Assembly: GCA_035697845.1 (NCBI GenBank)
Contig: DASSCI010000005.1
Span: 8,262 to 72,261, forward strand
Direction of reading: 5' to 3'
Source of the DNA: Candidatus Limnocylindria bacterium
Lineage (GTDB): Bacteria; Chloroflexota; Limnocylindria; QHBO01
Length of the DNA: 64,000 bases
Position numbers and translations under genes: made by a program. Positions 17,770 through 27,068 of the stretch are shown here, in pieces (within the stretch, counting starts at the first letter, position 1; each line of letters opens with the position of its first letter). The notes under the pieces are model-generated. The model made no database searches, was not told the origin of the DNA, and saw only the letters and a program-made list of their open reading frames with translations.

Positions 17770-18486
17770 ATGTCCTCGCTTCGACGTCGCTCGGGCATCG
17801 AGCTCGCCCTCGCCGCGGGCGGGGTGCTGCTGGTCATCGGGTTGGCCGTCCTGGTCAGCGCGGATCTCACCGACTCGTTCGACGCCTCGATCATCGCGCT
17901 CGTTCGCGCTCCGGAGGTGGCGGCGGTGCTCTCGCCGTTGCGCCCGATCACGGAGCTCGGGTCGACCGCAGCGGTGGCCGCCGTCGCCATCGTCGTCGCC
18001 GCGGTCGGCCTGCTGCTGCGGGCGTGGCGCAGCGGGCTGGCCGGTGCGCTCGCGATCACGCTGGCGTCGCTCGGCAACAGCGCGTTCAAGATCGGGATCG
18101 CGCGTGAGCGTCCCGACCTGCTGGAACCGGTGATCGTCGAGCATGGCTTCAGCTTCCCGTCCGGCCATTCGGCGCTCGGCATGGTCGCGTACGGGGTGCT
18201 GGCCGTGGTGGTCAGCCGCTCAGCCCTGCCACGTGCGGCGCGGAGCGCCATCGTCGTCGCGCTCGGCCTGCTGGTGGGGCTCATCGGCCTGTCGCGCATC
18301 TGGCTCGGGGTCCACTATCCGACCGACGTTCTGGCCGGCTGGAGCGCCGGCGCCGTCGTCGTGCTGGTCTACGCGGCCCTCACCCGCCCGGAGTCGCCTG
18401 GGCCAGCCGCGGCAGCGGCTGCCGAGGATCCAGCAGCGCAACGATCCGATCCACCTGCGCCAGCGTCAGGCGCTCCTCCCGGCTGA
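17770..18486 (+). CDS. PAP2-family (type 2 phosphatidic acid / polyprenyl-diphosphate) phosphatase
   Basis: Start trimmed to MSSLRRRSG. The three PAP2 motifs KIGIARERPDLL (KxxxxxxRP), FPSGHS (PSGH) and SRIWLGVHYPTD (SRxxxxxHxxxD) are present. Confidence 0.8.
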   Translation: MSSLRRRSGIELALAAGGVLLVIGLAVLVSADLTDSFDASIIALVRAPEVAAVLSPLRPITELGSTAAVAAVAIVVAAVGLLLRAWRSGLAGALAITLASLGNSAFKIGIARERPDLLEPVIVEHGFSFPSGHSALGMVAYGVLAVVVSRSALPRAARSAIVVALGLLVGLIGLSRIWLGVHYPTDVLAGWSAGAVVVLVYAALTRPESPGPAAAAAAEDPAAQRSDPPAPASGAPPG

Positions 18487-18949
18487 CGAGGGCGCCGAGC
18501 CGATCGGGATCGGCCTCCACCCTCAGGCCGATGTCGTCGCCCCGCGGGATCTCGACCGACATGTCGGGCGGCGCCACCAGCACCCCGTCGACCGTGCCAT
18601 CCACCCCGGCGCGCTCGAGGACCAGGGCGAGGCTGCGGGCCGCCAACCGCGACGCGGTGATCGGCGCCGGATCCCACGGCACCCACGACTCCGTCGAGCG
18701 GTTGAACCGGTACCAGTGGCCCGTGTTGCGGCGGGTGAAACGGCCGCGCTCGCCGGCCAGCGTCAGCGTCCAGACGCCGCCGGGGCCCACCACCACGGCA
18801 TCGATCGGTCCCGCGCTGCCGGAGGCGACGTGGCTGAACCAGTGATAGTCGTCGTCCAGGCGGCGGGCCAGGGCGCTCGAGAGGCGATCGGTGGCCGACA
18901 GCCCCGGGATTGCCAGGCGTCGCGGACGCGAGGGCGGGTGGAGGATCAT
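18380..18949 (-). CDS. NERD-domain protein (nuclease-related domain)
   Basis: Start trimmed to MILHPPSRP at 18949. [32 protein letters not shown] matches the NERD core pattern. The 3' end overlaps the PAP2 gene convergently. Confidence 0.55.
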   Translation of the reverse strand: MILHPPSRPRRLAIPGLSATDRLSSALARRLDDDYHWFSHVASGSAGPIDAVVVGPGGVWTLTLAGERGRFTRRNTGHWYRFNRSTESWVPWDPAPITASRLAARSLALVLERAGVDGTVDGVLVAPPDMSVEIPRGDDIGLRVEADPDRLGALVSREERLTLAQVDRIVALLDPRQPLPRLAQATPGG

Positions 18950-19058
18950 TCCGGCGTCGAACCTCCTCTCGTCAAGGCGTCGGATGGGCGCTTCGAGTGT
19001 ACCGAAGGCCGGGCGCGGCGAACAGGTCCGAATCGGCTCCCAAGCCACCCGGGGTCCT

Positions 19059-19646
19059 ATGATGCGGCGCATGGTCGAGACCAGGGCTTCGCTCGAGGAT
19101 GCCGTTCGCACATTGCTGTCCGAGATCGGCGAGGACGCCGGCCGCGAGGGGCTGCTTCGAACCCCCGAGCGGGTTCGGCGCATGTACGACGAGCTGACGG
19201 CCGGCTACCACGTCGACCCCGACCGGCTCATCAACGGGGCGACGTTCGCGGTCGAGTACGACGAGATGGTGGTCGTGCGCGACATCGAGTTCTTCAGCCT
19301 GTGCGAGCACCACCTGCTGCCGTTCATCGGCAAGGCGCACGTCGGCTACCTGCCGCGCGGCCGGGTCATCGGCCTGTCGAAGATCCCGCGCATCGTCGAC
19401 ATGTACGCGCAGCGCCTCCAGGTCCAGGAGCGGCTGACCGTGCAGGTCGCCGACTTCCTGATGGAGAAGCTGGAGCCGAAGGGCGTCGCGTGCGTGATCG
19501 AGGCAACGCATCTGTGCACGATGATGCGTGGCGTGAAGAAGCAGGAGGCGACGATGGTCACTTCCAGCATGACCGGAACGTTCCGGCGCGACGCCAGGAC
19601 CCGTGCCGAGTTCATGGGCCTCATCGGCAAGGGCGGCGCACAATAG
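19059..19646 (+). CDS. folE: GTP cyclohydrolase I
   Basis: [20 protein letters not shown]...[22 protein letters not shown]...[15 protein letters not shown] contains the canonical FolE motifs (CEHH, HxC). Confidence 0.9.
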   Translation: MMRRMVETRASLEDAVRTLLSEIGEDAGREGLLRTPERVRRMYDELTAGYHVDPDRLINGATFAVEYDEMVVVRDIEFFSLCEHHLLPFIGKAHVGYLPRGRVIGLSKIPRIVDMYAQRLQVQERLTVQVADFLMEKLEPKGVACVIEATHLCTMMRGVKKQEATMVTSSMTGTFRRDARTRAEFMGLIGKGGAQ

Positions 19647-19650
19647 AGCG

Positions 19651-19944
19651 ATGCCGTACGCCGAACCACTGACCGAGGACCAGCTGACCGATGCGCTCGC
19701 GCGCCTGCCCGAATGGAGCCGCGACGGCGTCTCGCTGACCCGGACCGTCGAGGTGGGCGGCTTCACCGCCGCGGTCCGGCTCGTGAACCAGGTGGCGGAG
19801 GCCGCCGAGGCGGCCAATCACCACCCCGACGTCTGCATCCACGGCTACAGGAAGGTCACCTTCACCCTGTCGACGCACGCGGCGGGCGCCATCACCGCGC
19901 GCGATACGGAGCTCGCCGAGCAGATCGACCGACTGGCGCCTTGA
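19651..19944 (+). CDS. 4a-hydroxytetrahydrobiopterin dehydratase (pterin-4a-carbinolamine dehydratase, PCD/DCoH)
   Basis: 97 aa from MPYAEPLTEDQ...ANHHPDV...YRKVTFTLSTHAAG. The EWS...HHP motif is typical of PCD. It immediately follows folE. Confidence 0.8.
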   Translation: MPYAEPLTEDQLTDALARLPEWSRDGVSLTRTVEVGGFTAAVRLVNQVAEAAEAANHHPDVCIHGYRKVTFTLSTHAAGAITARDTELAEQIDRLAP

Positions 19945-19954
19945 CGTCGTCCCC

Positions 19955-20140
19955 GACTTGAAATCTGCTCCGCATCGGCACGTTATGCCGGTCACGGCGC
20001 GCGACTCGAAATCTGCGCGCTCACCGGGACGTCATGCGGCCGATGAGACGCGTTCGCGGGCGATTCACGCTCGGATCGGCGCCCGCTGCGGCGCATTCGC
20101 CGGATAACGCTCTCTCAGCCGCACAAATTTCCAGTCGCGA
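19955..20140. repeat. MITE-like intergenic repeat element, copy 1, with a ~46 bp tandem duplication of the left end
   Basis: GACTtGAAATCTGC (19955..19968) recurs at 20003..20016, and its inverse CACAAATTTCCAGTCGCG lies at 20122..20138. The interior (..TTCACGCTCGGATCG..CGGATAACGCTCTCTCAGCCGCACAAATTTCCAG) is homologous to the second copy at 60282..60422. Confidence 0.6.
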
Positions 20141-20181
20141 CGGCGGGCACCCACGCGGAGCCGGGTAGAATCGGCCCGCCG

Positions 20182-20598
20182 ATGATGAACGACCGCTCGA
20201 CCGACGCGCCCATCCGCGTCCTCATCGCGAAGCCCGGACTCGACGGGCACGATCGCGGCGCCAAGGTGCTCGCGCGCGGACTGCGCGACGAGGGCTTCGA
20301 GGTGATCTACACCGGCCTGCGCCAGACGCCGGAGATGATCGCCGATGCCGCCGAGCAGGAGGATGTCGACGTCGTCGGGCTGTCGATCCTGTCCGGCGCG
20401 CACATGGCGCTGCTGCCGCGGACCGTCGAGCTCCTCCGCCAACGGGGCATGGACGATGTCCTGGTCGCCGCGGGCGGAATCATCCCCGATGCCGACGTCA
20501 CCAAGCTGAAGGCGGCGGGCGTCGCGGAGATCTTCGGGCCGGGCACCAGCATCGGACAGATCGCGCGCTACTTCCGCGAGAACGCCCGGCGCTCATGA
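20182..20598 (+). CDS. icmB: Acyl-CoA mutase B12-binding small subunit (IcmB / MCM C-terminal-domain-like)
   Basis: 138 aa. [19 protein letters not shown]...GLSILSGAH...AGGIIP contains the DxHxxG cobalamin-binding motif (DGHDRG) and is very similar to stand-alone isobutyryl-CoA mutase small subunits. Confidence 0.85.
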   Translation: MMNDRSTDAPIRVLIAKPGLDGHDRGAKVLARGLRDEGFEVIYTGLRQTPEMIADAAEQEDVDVVGLSILSGAHMALLPRTVELLRQRGMDDVLVAAGGIIPDADVTKLKAAGVAEIFGPGTSIGQIARYFRENARRS

Positions 20599-20616
20599 CC
20601 CCCGGCGGCGCCCTGG

Positions 20617-21573
20617 GTGCACGACTGGCAACTGCCCAGGCACGTACATACGTCGCCAATGCTCGGTGAGCTCAGGACGGGGGAGCGCAGGCCACTCGCC
20701 CGGCTGCTGACCCGGGTCGAGGGCGGCGATCCATCGGTCCGGGCCCTGCTGCCGGACCTCTTCGCCGCCGGCCACGGTGGCCACCTGGTCGGCATCACCG
20801 GGCCGCCGGGCAGCGGCAAGTCGACGCTCGTCAGCGCGCTGATCGGTGAGTGGCGGAAGCGGGGAAGACGGGTCGGCGTGCTGGCGGTCGATCCCAGCTC
20901 GCCGTACACGCGCGGCGCGATCCTGGGCGATCGGATCCGGATGATGGAGCACGCAGCCGATCGCGACGTCTTCATGCGCTCGATGGCGTCGCGCGGCGAG
21001 CTCGGCGGGCTGGCGGCGACGACCTGGATCGCCGCCGCCGCGCTCGATGCGGCGGGCTTCGACCCGATCCTGATCGAGACGGTCGGGGCGGGGCAGTCGG
21101 AGGTGGAGATCGCCCGGCTCGCCGAGACGACCGTCGTGGTCGAGGTGCCCGAGATGGGCGACGAGGTGCAGGCCATCAAGGCAGGGCTGCTCGAGGTGGC
21201 CGACATCATCGCCGTGAACAAGGGTGACCGCCCGGGTGCCGATCGGGCGGCGAGGCAGCTGCGCGCCATGCTGTCCACCGCCGGTGGGCGGATCGAGCGC
21301 AAGCCGCCCCCGGTCCTGGTGACGACGGCCACGACCGCCGAGGGCGTGCCCGCGCTCGTCGACGCCATCGAGGCGCATCGGTCCACCGCGCGCTCGCCGA
21401 TGCGGGCGCGCGAACGCGCCGCGAGCCAGGTGCGGCGCGCACTGGCCGACCTCGCCGCCAGGCATGCGGAAGCGGATCCGGGCTGGGAGGCATCGGTCCA
21501 GGCCGTTGCGGATCGCGAGCTGGACCCGTTCACCGCGGCCGAACGCCTGCTCGACGCTGGTAGGCTTGAATGA
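20617..21573 (+). CDS. meaB: Methylmalonyl-CoA mutase-associated GTPase (MeaB/ArgK family G-protein chaperone)
   Basis: 318 aa. GITGPPGSGKSTL (P-loop), VLAVDPSSPYTRGAILGDRIRM and NKGD match the MeaB/ArgK family. Confidence 0.85.
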   Translation: MHDWQLPRHVHTSPMLGELRTGERRPLARLLTRVEGGDPSVRALLPDLFAAGHGGHLVGITGPPGSGKSTLVSALIGEWRKRGRRVGVLAVDPSSPYTRGAILGDRIRMMEHAADRDVFMRSMASRGELGGLAATTWIAAAALDAAGFDPILIETVGAGQSEVEIARLAETTVVVEVPEMGDEVQAIKAGLLEVADIIAVNKGDRPGADRAARQLRAMLSTAGGRIERKPPPVLVTTATTAEGVPALVDAIEAHRSTARSPMRARERAASQVRRALADLAARHAEADPGWEASVQAVADRELDPFTAAERLLDAGRLE

Positions 21574-21574
21574 G

Positions 21575-22447
21575 ATGAGCATCGATCGCGTTTTCGTCAT
21601 CGGCGCCGGGCTGATGGGCCACGGCATCGCCCAGGTCAGCGCTGCCGCCGGCAAGCGGGTGACGCTCTCCGACCGAACGGCGGAGCTGGCCGACAAGGGC
21701 AAGGCCCGCATCGGCTCCAACCTGAAGCGACAGGTGGACAAGGGCAAGCTCGAGCAGTCGGCCGCGGACGAGATCCTCGAACGCATCAGCACCGGAGAAG
21801 GGGCCGATGGCGCCGCCGGGCACGACATCGTCATCGAGGCCGTGTTCGAGGACGAGTCGGTCAAGCGACAGACCTGGGAGGCGCTGACGAAGAGCGCCGA
21901 CGCCGATGCGATCTTCGCCTCGAATACCAGCAGCATCAGCATCACCGGCCTCGCCACGGCGACCGACCGCGCGCCGAGGTTCATCGGCCTGCACTTCTTC
22001 TCGCCCGTGCCGGTGATGGGCCTCATCGAGATCATCCGCGGGCTCGAGACCGACGACGAGACCTACGACGCCTGCCGCACGTTCGCCGAGGAGCTCGGCA
22101 AGACGGTCATCGAGTCGAAGGACTACCCTGGCTTCCTGGTGAACCGGATGCTCGGCCCGTTCATCAACGAGGCCGTCTTCGCGCTCATGGAGTCGACCGG
22201 CACGGCGGAGGACATCGACACCGGAGCGAAGCTCGGCCTGAACCATCCGATGGGGCCGCTCGAGCTGAGCGACTTCATCGGCAACGACGTGATGCTCGGC
22301 GTCATGGACGTGCTGTACCGCGGCTTCGGCGACCCGAAGTTCCGCGCCGCGCCGCTGCTGCGCCAGATGGTCACGGCCGGGCATCTCGGCCGCAAGACGG
22401 GACGCGGGTTCTACACCTACGACGAGACGGGCAAGAAGGTCGAATAG
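21575..22447 (+). CDS. hbd: 3-hydroxybutyryl-CoA dehydrogenase (3-hydroxyacyl-CoA dehydrogenase, NAD-binding)
   Basis: Start at MSIDRVFVIGAGLMGHGIAQV (Rossmann GxGxxG). The family motifs ...FASNTSSISIT and ...HFFSPVPVMGLIEIIRG are present. Confidence 0.85.
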   Translation: MSIDRVFVIGAGLMGHGIAQVSAAAGKRVTLSDRTAELADKGKARIGSNLKRQVDKGKLEQSAADEILERISTGEGADGAAGHDIVIEAVFEDESVKRQTWEALTKSADADAIFASNTSSISITGLATATDRAPRFIGLHFFSPVPVMGLIEIIRGLETDDETYDACRTFAEELGKTVIESKDYPGFLVNRMLGPFINEAVFALMESTGTAEDIDTGAKLGLNHPMGPLELSDFIGNDVMLGVMDVLYRGFGDPKFRAAPLLRQMVTAGHLGRKTGRGFYTYDETGKKVE

Positions 22448-23629
22448 GTGGCGGTCGAGACGGCGCCCACCCGCGACTCGTTCGCGCTGACGGAGGAAGA
22501 GCGGGTCGTCCGCGACACGGTCCGCGATTGGGCGCGGCGGGAGGTGCTGCCCGGCGCCGCGGAGCGTGACGAGGCCGAACGCTACGACGTCTCGCTCTTC
22601 CATCGCGCCGGCGAGCTCGGGCTGACCGGGCTCCCGTATCCCGAGGCGTACGGCGGTGCCGGGATGGGCAGCTTCGCGTGGGCCGTCGCTGCCGAGGAGA
22701 TCGGCGCCGCCGACATGGGCCTGGCCGTCAGCTTCTCGGTCCACATCCTGAGCCAGCTGTGCATCTTCGCCAGCGGCAGCGACGAGCAGAAGCAGCGTTT
22801 CCTCCCGCCGATGACCGCCGGCCGCGAGCTCGGCGCCTTCGCGCTCACCGAACCGGGCGCCGGCTCCGATGCGGCGGCGCTCTCGCTCTCCGCGCGCCGC
22901 GACGGCGACGCGTACGTCCTCAACGGCACGAAGATCTGGATCACGAACGCCGGCGAGGCGGCCCGCTACGTCGTCTTCGCCACCGTCGACCGCAGCAGGG
23001 GAAAGGACGGCATCACCGCCTTCGTCGTCGAGGCCGACACCCCCGGCTTCCGCCTCGGCTCGAAGGAGCGGAAGATGGGCATTCGCGGCACCACCGGGTA
23101 CGAGATCGTGTTCGAGGACGCCCGCGTCCCGGCCGACAACCGTCTGGGCGAGGAGGGCGAGGGCCTGCGCGTGGCGCTCTCGTCGCTCGGAGCGGGAAGG
23201 ATCAGCATCGCCGCCTGCTGCGTTGGCCTGGCGCGCAACGCGCTCGAGCTCGCGACGCGCTATGCGCTCGAGCGGCGCCAGTTCGGTCGCGCCATCGCCG
23301 ACCAGGAGATGATCCAGGCGATGCTGGCCGAGATGGCGGTCCAGGTCGATGCCGCGCGGTTGCTCACCTGGCGGGCGGCCCGCATGCGTGACGCGGGTCA
23401 GCCGATCAATTCAGCCTCGAGCATGGCCAAGTGGTACGCCTCCGACACGGCCATGCGCGTGACGACCGACGCCGTGCAGATCTACGGCGGCGCCGGCTAC
23501 TCCCGCGACAACCCGGTGGAACGTCTCATGCGGGACGCCAAGGGAGCGCAGATCTACGAGGGGACCAACCAGATCCATCGGCTCATCGTGGCGCAGGGCC
23601 TGCTCGACGGCATGGGCCGGGAGGGATGA
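22448..23629 (+). CDS. Acyl-CoA dehydrogenase (short-chain/butyryl-CoA dehydrogenase-like)
   Basis: 393 aa with a GTG start. FALTEPGAGSDAA...YEGTNQIHRLI contains the catalytic-Glu region YEGT and the FAD/acyl-CoA DH fold. Confidence 0.85.
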   Translation: MAVETAPTRDSFALTEEERVVRDTVRDWARREVLPGAAERDEAERYDVSLFHRAGELGLTGLPYPEAYGGAGMGSFAWAVAAEEIGAADMGLAVSFSVHILSQLCIFASGSDEQKQRFLPPMTAGRELGAFALTEPGAGSDAAALSLSARRDGDAYVLNGTKIWITNAGEAARYVVFATVDRSRGKDGITAFVVEADTPGFRLGSKERKMGIRGTTGYEIVFEDARVPADNRLGEEGEGLRVALSSLGAGRISIAACCVGLARNALELATRYALERRQFGRAIADQEMIQAMLAEMAVQVDAARLLTWRAARMRDAGQPINSASSMAKWYASDTAMRVTTDAVQIYGGAGYSRDNPVERLMRDAKGAQIYEGTNQIHRLIVAQGLLDGMGREG

Positions 23630-23701
23630 CGACCGGACCGTAGCCCCGCAGCGCGCCCGCGAAACCGATGACGCCCACATCAACCAGGAGACGCCAGACC
23701 G

Positions 23702-25624
23702 ATGACGACCCCCGCCGCCACCGCCGTGCCGCGCGTCCTGCAGACCCCGGAGTTCGAGCCACTGATCGTCGCTCCCGAGGACCGCGCCAGCAGCGTGGTC
23801 GACCTCATCCACCGATCCGTCGAGCGCAACTCCGGGCGCGAGGCGATGCGCTGGAAGCTTCCCAAGTCGCAGCGGCCGGAGGGCGCCACCGAGGCGGTCT
23901 GGACCAGCCGGACGTATCGCGAGATGTGGGACTGGGTCACCAGCGTGTCGCTCGGCCTCAAGGACATCGGCATCCATGACGGGGACTCGGTCGCGATCAT
24001 CGCGCGCACGCGTCCGGAGTGGGCGATCGCCGATCTGGCGTCTATGGCGCTCGGGGCGGTCACGTGCCCGATCTATCCGCAGTCGGAGGCTGGCCAGGCC
24101 GCGTTCGTCATCAACAACGTCAGCGCGCGCCTGATCTTCGTCGAGAATGCGCAGCAGGCCGCCAAGATCGAGTCGATCCGAGCCGAGTGCCCGACGCTCG
24201 AGCACGTCGTGGCCTTCGAGCCGAGCGGCAAGCTTCCGGCGGGCACGCTGACCCTGGACGACGTCATGGCCCGAGCCGATACCCACGCCGCCAACCGCCT
24301 CGAGTGGCAGGACGCCTGGAAGGCCATCGACCGCGACCACATCGCGACCGTCATCCACACCTCGGGCACCACGGCCAACCCGAAGGGAGCGGTCCTCAGC
24401 CACGGCAACGTGCTGTTCAACTACGAGGCGGCCAACCAGGTCGTGGACTTCTACGAGACCGATATCTTCCTGAGCTTCCTGCCGCTGTCGCACATCTACG
24501 GCCGGATCGTCGACGAGGTCATCGCGCTCGGTCGAGGGGCCGCAGTGGTGTACGCGGAGGCGGTCATCGAGCGGCTGCCCGCGAACATGGTCGAGGTGCG
24601 TCCGACCGTCATGGGCGCGCCACCGCGGCTGTACGAACGCGTCTACGCTCGCGTGCTGTCCGCCGTCGAGGCCGGCTCGCCGATGCGCCAGCGCATCTTC
24701 CACTGGGCCGCCGGGCTGGGGCGCCGGAAGTACGCCAACCACCTTGCAGGACGCGGCGACTCGCCCTGGCTCGCGCTGCAGCTGAAGGTCGCCGACGCCC
24801 TGGTCTTCGGCAAGATCCGTGACCGGACCGGCGGCCGCGTGCGCTACTTCGTCTCGGGGTCGGCGGCGCTGTCGAGCGAGATCGGTGAGTTCTTCTACGC
24901 CATGGGCATGCTGGTCCTCGAGGGATACGGCCTGACCGAGACTTCGCCGTTCGTCAGTGTCAACCGTCCTGACGACTTCGTGTTCGGGACGGTCGGCCGC
25001 GCCGCACCGGGTTCCGAGGTGCGCATCGATCCGGACACCGGCGAGATCCTGGTCCGCGGCCCGCAGGTCATGCAGGGCTACCTCAACCAGCCGGAGGAGA
25101 CCGCCCGCGCCATCGACGCCGATGGCTGGTTCCACACCGGCGACATCGGCGAGCTGGACGAGATCGGCCGCATCCGCATCACCGATCGGCTCAAGAACAT
25201 CATCGTCCTCGGCAACGGCAAGAACGTCTCGCCCGGGCCGATGGAGGCGGCGCTCTCGAGCTCGCGGTTCGTGGCCCAGGCGGTCATCCTCGGCGATGGC
25301 CAGCCGTACACCGGGGCGTTGATCGCGCCCGACTTCGACGAGCTCGGCGCCTGGGCCGCGGCCAACGGCATCGCCGAGATGCCGCCCGAGCAGCTGGTCG
25401 AGCAGCCATCCGTCGAGAAGCTGTACGACACCGAGGTGAAGCGCACGCTCGACGGCTTCGGCGTGCACGAGCGGCCGCGGCGGGTCGCACTCCTGCCGCG
25501 CCTGCTGTCCGAGGAAGAGGGCGAGCTGACACCGTCGCTGAAGACGAAGAACCGCGTCGTGGTGAAGAACTGGGCCGACAAGGTCGCGTACCTGTTCGAC
25601 GAGCGCCCCGCCGACTCGAAATAG
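23702..25624 (+). CDS. Long-chain fatty-acid--CoA ligase (AMP-forming, ANL superfamily)
   Basis: 640 aa. TSGTTANPKGAVLSHGNV (AMP-binding motif I), YGLTETS and GWFHTGDIGELDEIGRIRITDRLKNII match the ANL ligase family. Confidence 0.85.
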   Translation: MTTPAATAVPRVLQTPEFEPLIVAPEDRASSVVDLIHRSVERNSGREAMRWKLPKSQRPEGATEAVWTSRTYREMWDWVTSVSLGLKDIGIHDGDSVAIIARTRPEWAIADLASMALGAVTCPIYPQSEAGQAAFVINNVSARLIFVENAQQAAKIESIRAECPTLEHVVAFEPSGKLPAGTLTLDDVMARADTHAANRLEWQDAWKAIDRDHIATVIHTSGTTANPKGAVLSHGNVLFNYEAANQVVDFYETDIFLSFLPLSHIYGRIVDEVIALGRGAAVVYAEAVIERLPANMVEVRPTVMGAPPRLYERVYARVLSAVEAGSPMRQRIFHWAAGLGRRKYANHLAGRGDSPWLALQLKVADALVFGKIRDRTGGRVRYFVSGSAALSSEIGEFFYAMGMLVLEGYGLTETSPFVSVNRPDDFVFGTVGRAAPGSEVRIDPDTGEILVRGPQVMQGYLNQPEETARAIDADGWFHTGDIGELDEIGRIRITDRLKNIIVLGNGKNVSPGPMEAALSSSRFVAQAVILGDGQPYTGALIAPDFDELGAWAAANGIAEMPPEQLVEQPSVEKLYDTEVKRTLDGFGVHERPRRVALLPRLLSEEEGELTPSLKTKNRVVVKNWADKVAYLFDERPADSK

Positions 25625-25638
25625 CGGGGGTTTCGTCA

Positions 25639-25818
25639 GATACCAACCACGGCGACCTTAGGCGAGCACGAGCGGGTGCGTTTCGCTCCCACGCCCGTTG
25701 CGACTCGCACATCGTCGCCAGGCACCAATGCGAATGGCAGATGACGGGCCGTCCCCATCGTCGGGCTGGCGGACTGCGCCTAAGCCGCCCCTGGTTGGTA
25801 CCTGACACCAACGGCGCC
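25639..25818. promoter_or_regulatory. Putative operator / structured leader upstream of the thiolase gene: TACCAACC...GGTTGGTA inverted repeats with repeated ACCAAC(N)GGCG
   Basis: TACCAACCACGGCG lies at 25641..25654. Its exact reverse complement GGTTGGTA is at 25793..25800 and is followed by CACCAACGGCGCC. All sit inside a 268 bp intergenic region. Confidence 0.3.
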
Positions 25819-25892
25819 AACGACCGGCACGTGCGTCTTCGGATCCGGCTCTGCCGAACCCGGCGGACGGCGCCGACGAGTACCATCACCAC

Positions 25893-27068
25893 ATGCGTGA
25901 CGTGTACATCCTCTCCGCCGCCAGGACGCCGATCGGCAAGTTCGGCGGTGGGCTCTCGACCACTCCGGCCACCGACTTGGGCGCGGTCGCGATCCGCGCC
26001 GCCGTCGAGCGAGCCGGCATTGCGCCCGAACGGGTCGACGAGGCGATCATCGGCCAGGTGCTCCAGGCGGGTGCCGGCCAGGCGCCGGCACGCCAGGCCG
26101 CCCTGAAGGCAGGGCTGCCGGAGGGCGTCAGCGCAACGACCATCAACAAGGTCTGTGGCTCGGGCCTGAAGGCGGTGATGATGGGCGCATCGGCCATCCG
26201 TGCCGGCGACGCCGATCTCATCGTGGCGGGCGGCATGGAGAGCATGAACATGGCGCCTTACCTGCTGCCCCAGGCCCGCACCGGCTACCGTCTCGGCAAT
26301 GGCGTGCTCGTCGACGCTACGGTCCACGACGGACTGTGGTGCGCGACCTGCGACGTCCACATGGGCCTGCACGCCGAGCGTGTGGCAGCCAAGCATGACG
26401 TGACGCGCGAGGCCCAGGACGAGCTGGCCCTGCGCTCGCACCAGCGAGCCATCGCGGCACAGGAGGCGGGGCGCTTCGACGACGAGATCGTGCCGGTCAC
26501 CGTGGCCGGCAAGAAGGGTGACACCGTTGTATCGGCCGATGAAGGGCCACGGGCCGATACGAGCGCCGAGGCGCTCGCGAAGCTCCGGCCGGCCTTCCAG
26601 CCCGATGGCGGGACCGTCACCGCGGGAAACGCTCCGGGGATCACGGATGGCGCGGCTGCCGTCGTCATCGGCTCCGAAGAGGCCATCAACGGCGCCCAGC
26701 CGATGGCGCGCATCACCGGCTACGCCCAGGCCGACGTCGCCCCCGAGTGGCTGTTCGAGGCGCCGATCCATGGCGTCCGGCGCCTGATCGAGAAGGTCGG
26801 CGGGACGCTGGACGACTTCGACCTGATCGAGATCAACGAGGCCTTCGCAGCCCAGGTCCTGGCCGACGGCAACGAGCTCGGATTCGACTGGAACCGCGTC
26901 AACGTCAATGGTGGCGCGATCGCGCTCGGCCATCCCATCGGCGCCTCCGGCGCCCGCGTGCTGACGACGCTCCTCTACGAGCTGCGCCGCCGGGGTGGCG
27001 GCAAGGGCCTGGCGACGCTCTGCCTCGGCGGCGGTGGAGCGGTGGCGATGGCGATCGAAACCGTCTAG
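25893..27068 (+). CDS. Acetyl-CoA C-acetyltransferase (thiolase II)
   Basis: 391 aa. [27 protein letters not shown] (active-site Cys), and C-terminal ...[18 protein letters not shown]...[10 protein letters not shown] match the thiolase family. Confidence 0.9.
   Translation: MRDVYILSAARTPIGKFGGGLSTTPATDLGAVAIRAAVERAGIAPERVDEAIIGQVLQAGAGQAPARQAALKAGLPEGVSATTINKVCGSGLKAVMMGASAIRAGDADLIVAGGMESMNMAPYLLPQARTGYRLGNGVLVDATVHDGLWCATCDVHMGLHAERVAAKHDVTREAQDELALRSHQRAIAAQEAGRFDDEIVPVTVAGKKGDTVVSADEGPRADTSAEALAKLRPAFQPDGGTVTAGNAPGITDGAAAVVIGSEEAINGAQPMARITGYAQADVAPEWLFEAPIHGVRRLIEKVGGTLDDFDLIEINEAFAAQVLADGNELGFDWNRVNVNGGAIALGHPIGASGARVLTTLLYELRRRGGGKGLATLCLGGGGAVAMAIETV

Noticed and set aside
18950-19058. 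Possible ZTP (pfl) riboswitch upstream of folE, because of GGCGAACAGG followed by a small hairpin and a CCGGG/CCCGG stem overlapping the start codon
   Set aside because: Only part of the 5' sub-domain is similar. The conserved GGGGAG segment and the 3' pseudoknot sub-domain (CCGCC...GGGC) are absent, and there is no room for them before the ATG.
19970-19995. Sigma-54 promoter-like GGCACG-tta-TGC inside the repeat element
   Set aside because: The spacing between GG and GC is 8 nt instead of the required 10, so it is not a -24/-12 promoter.
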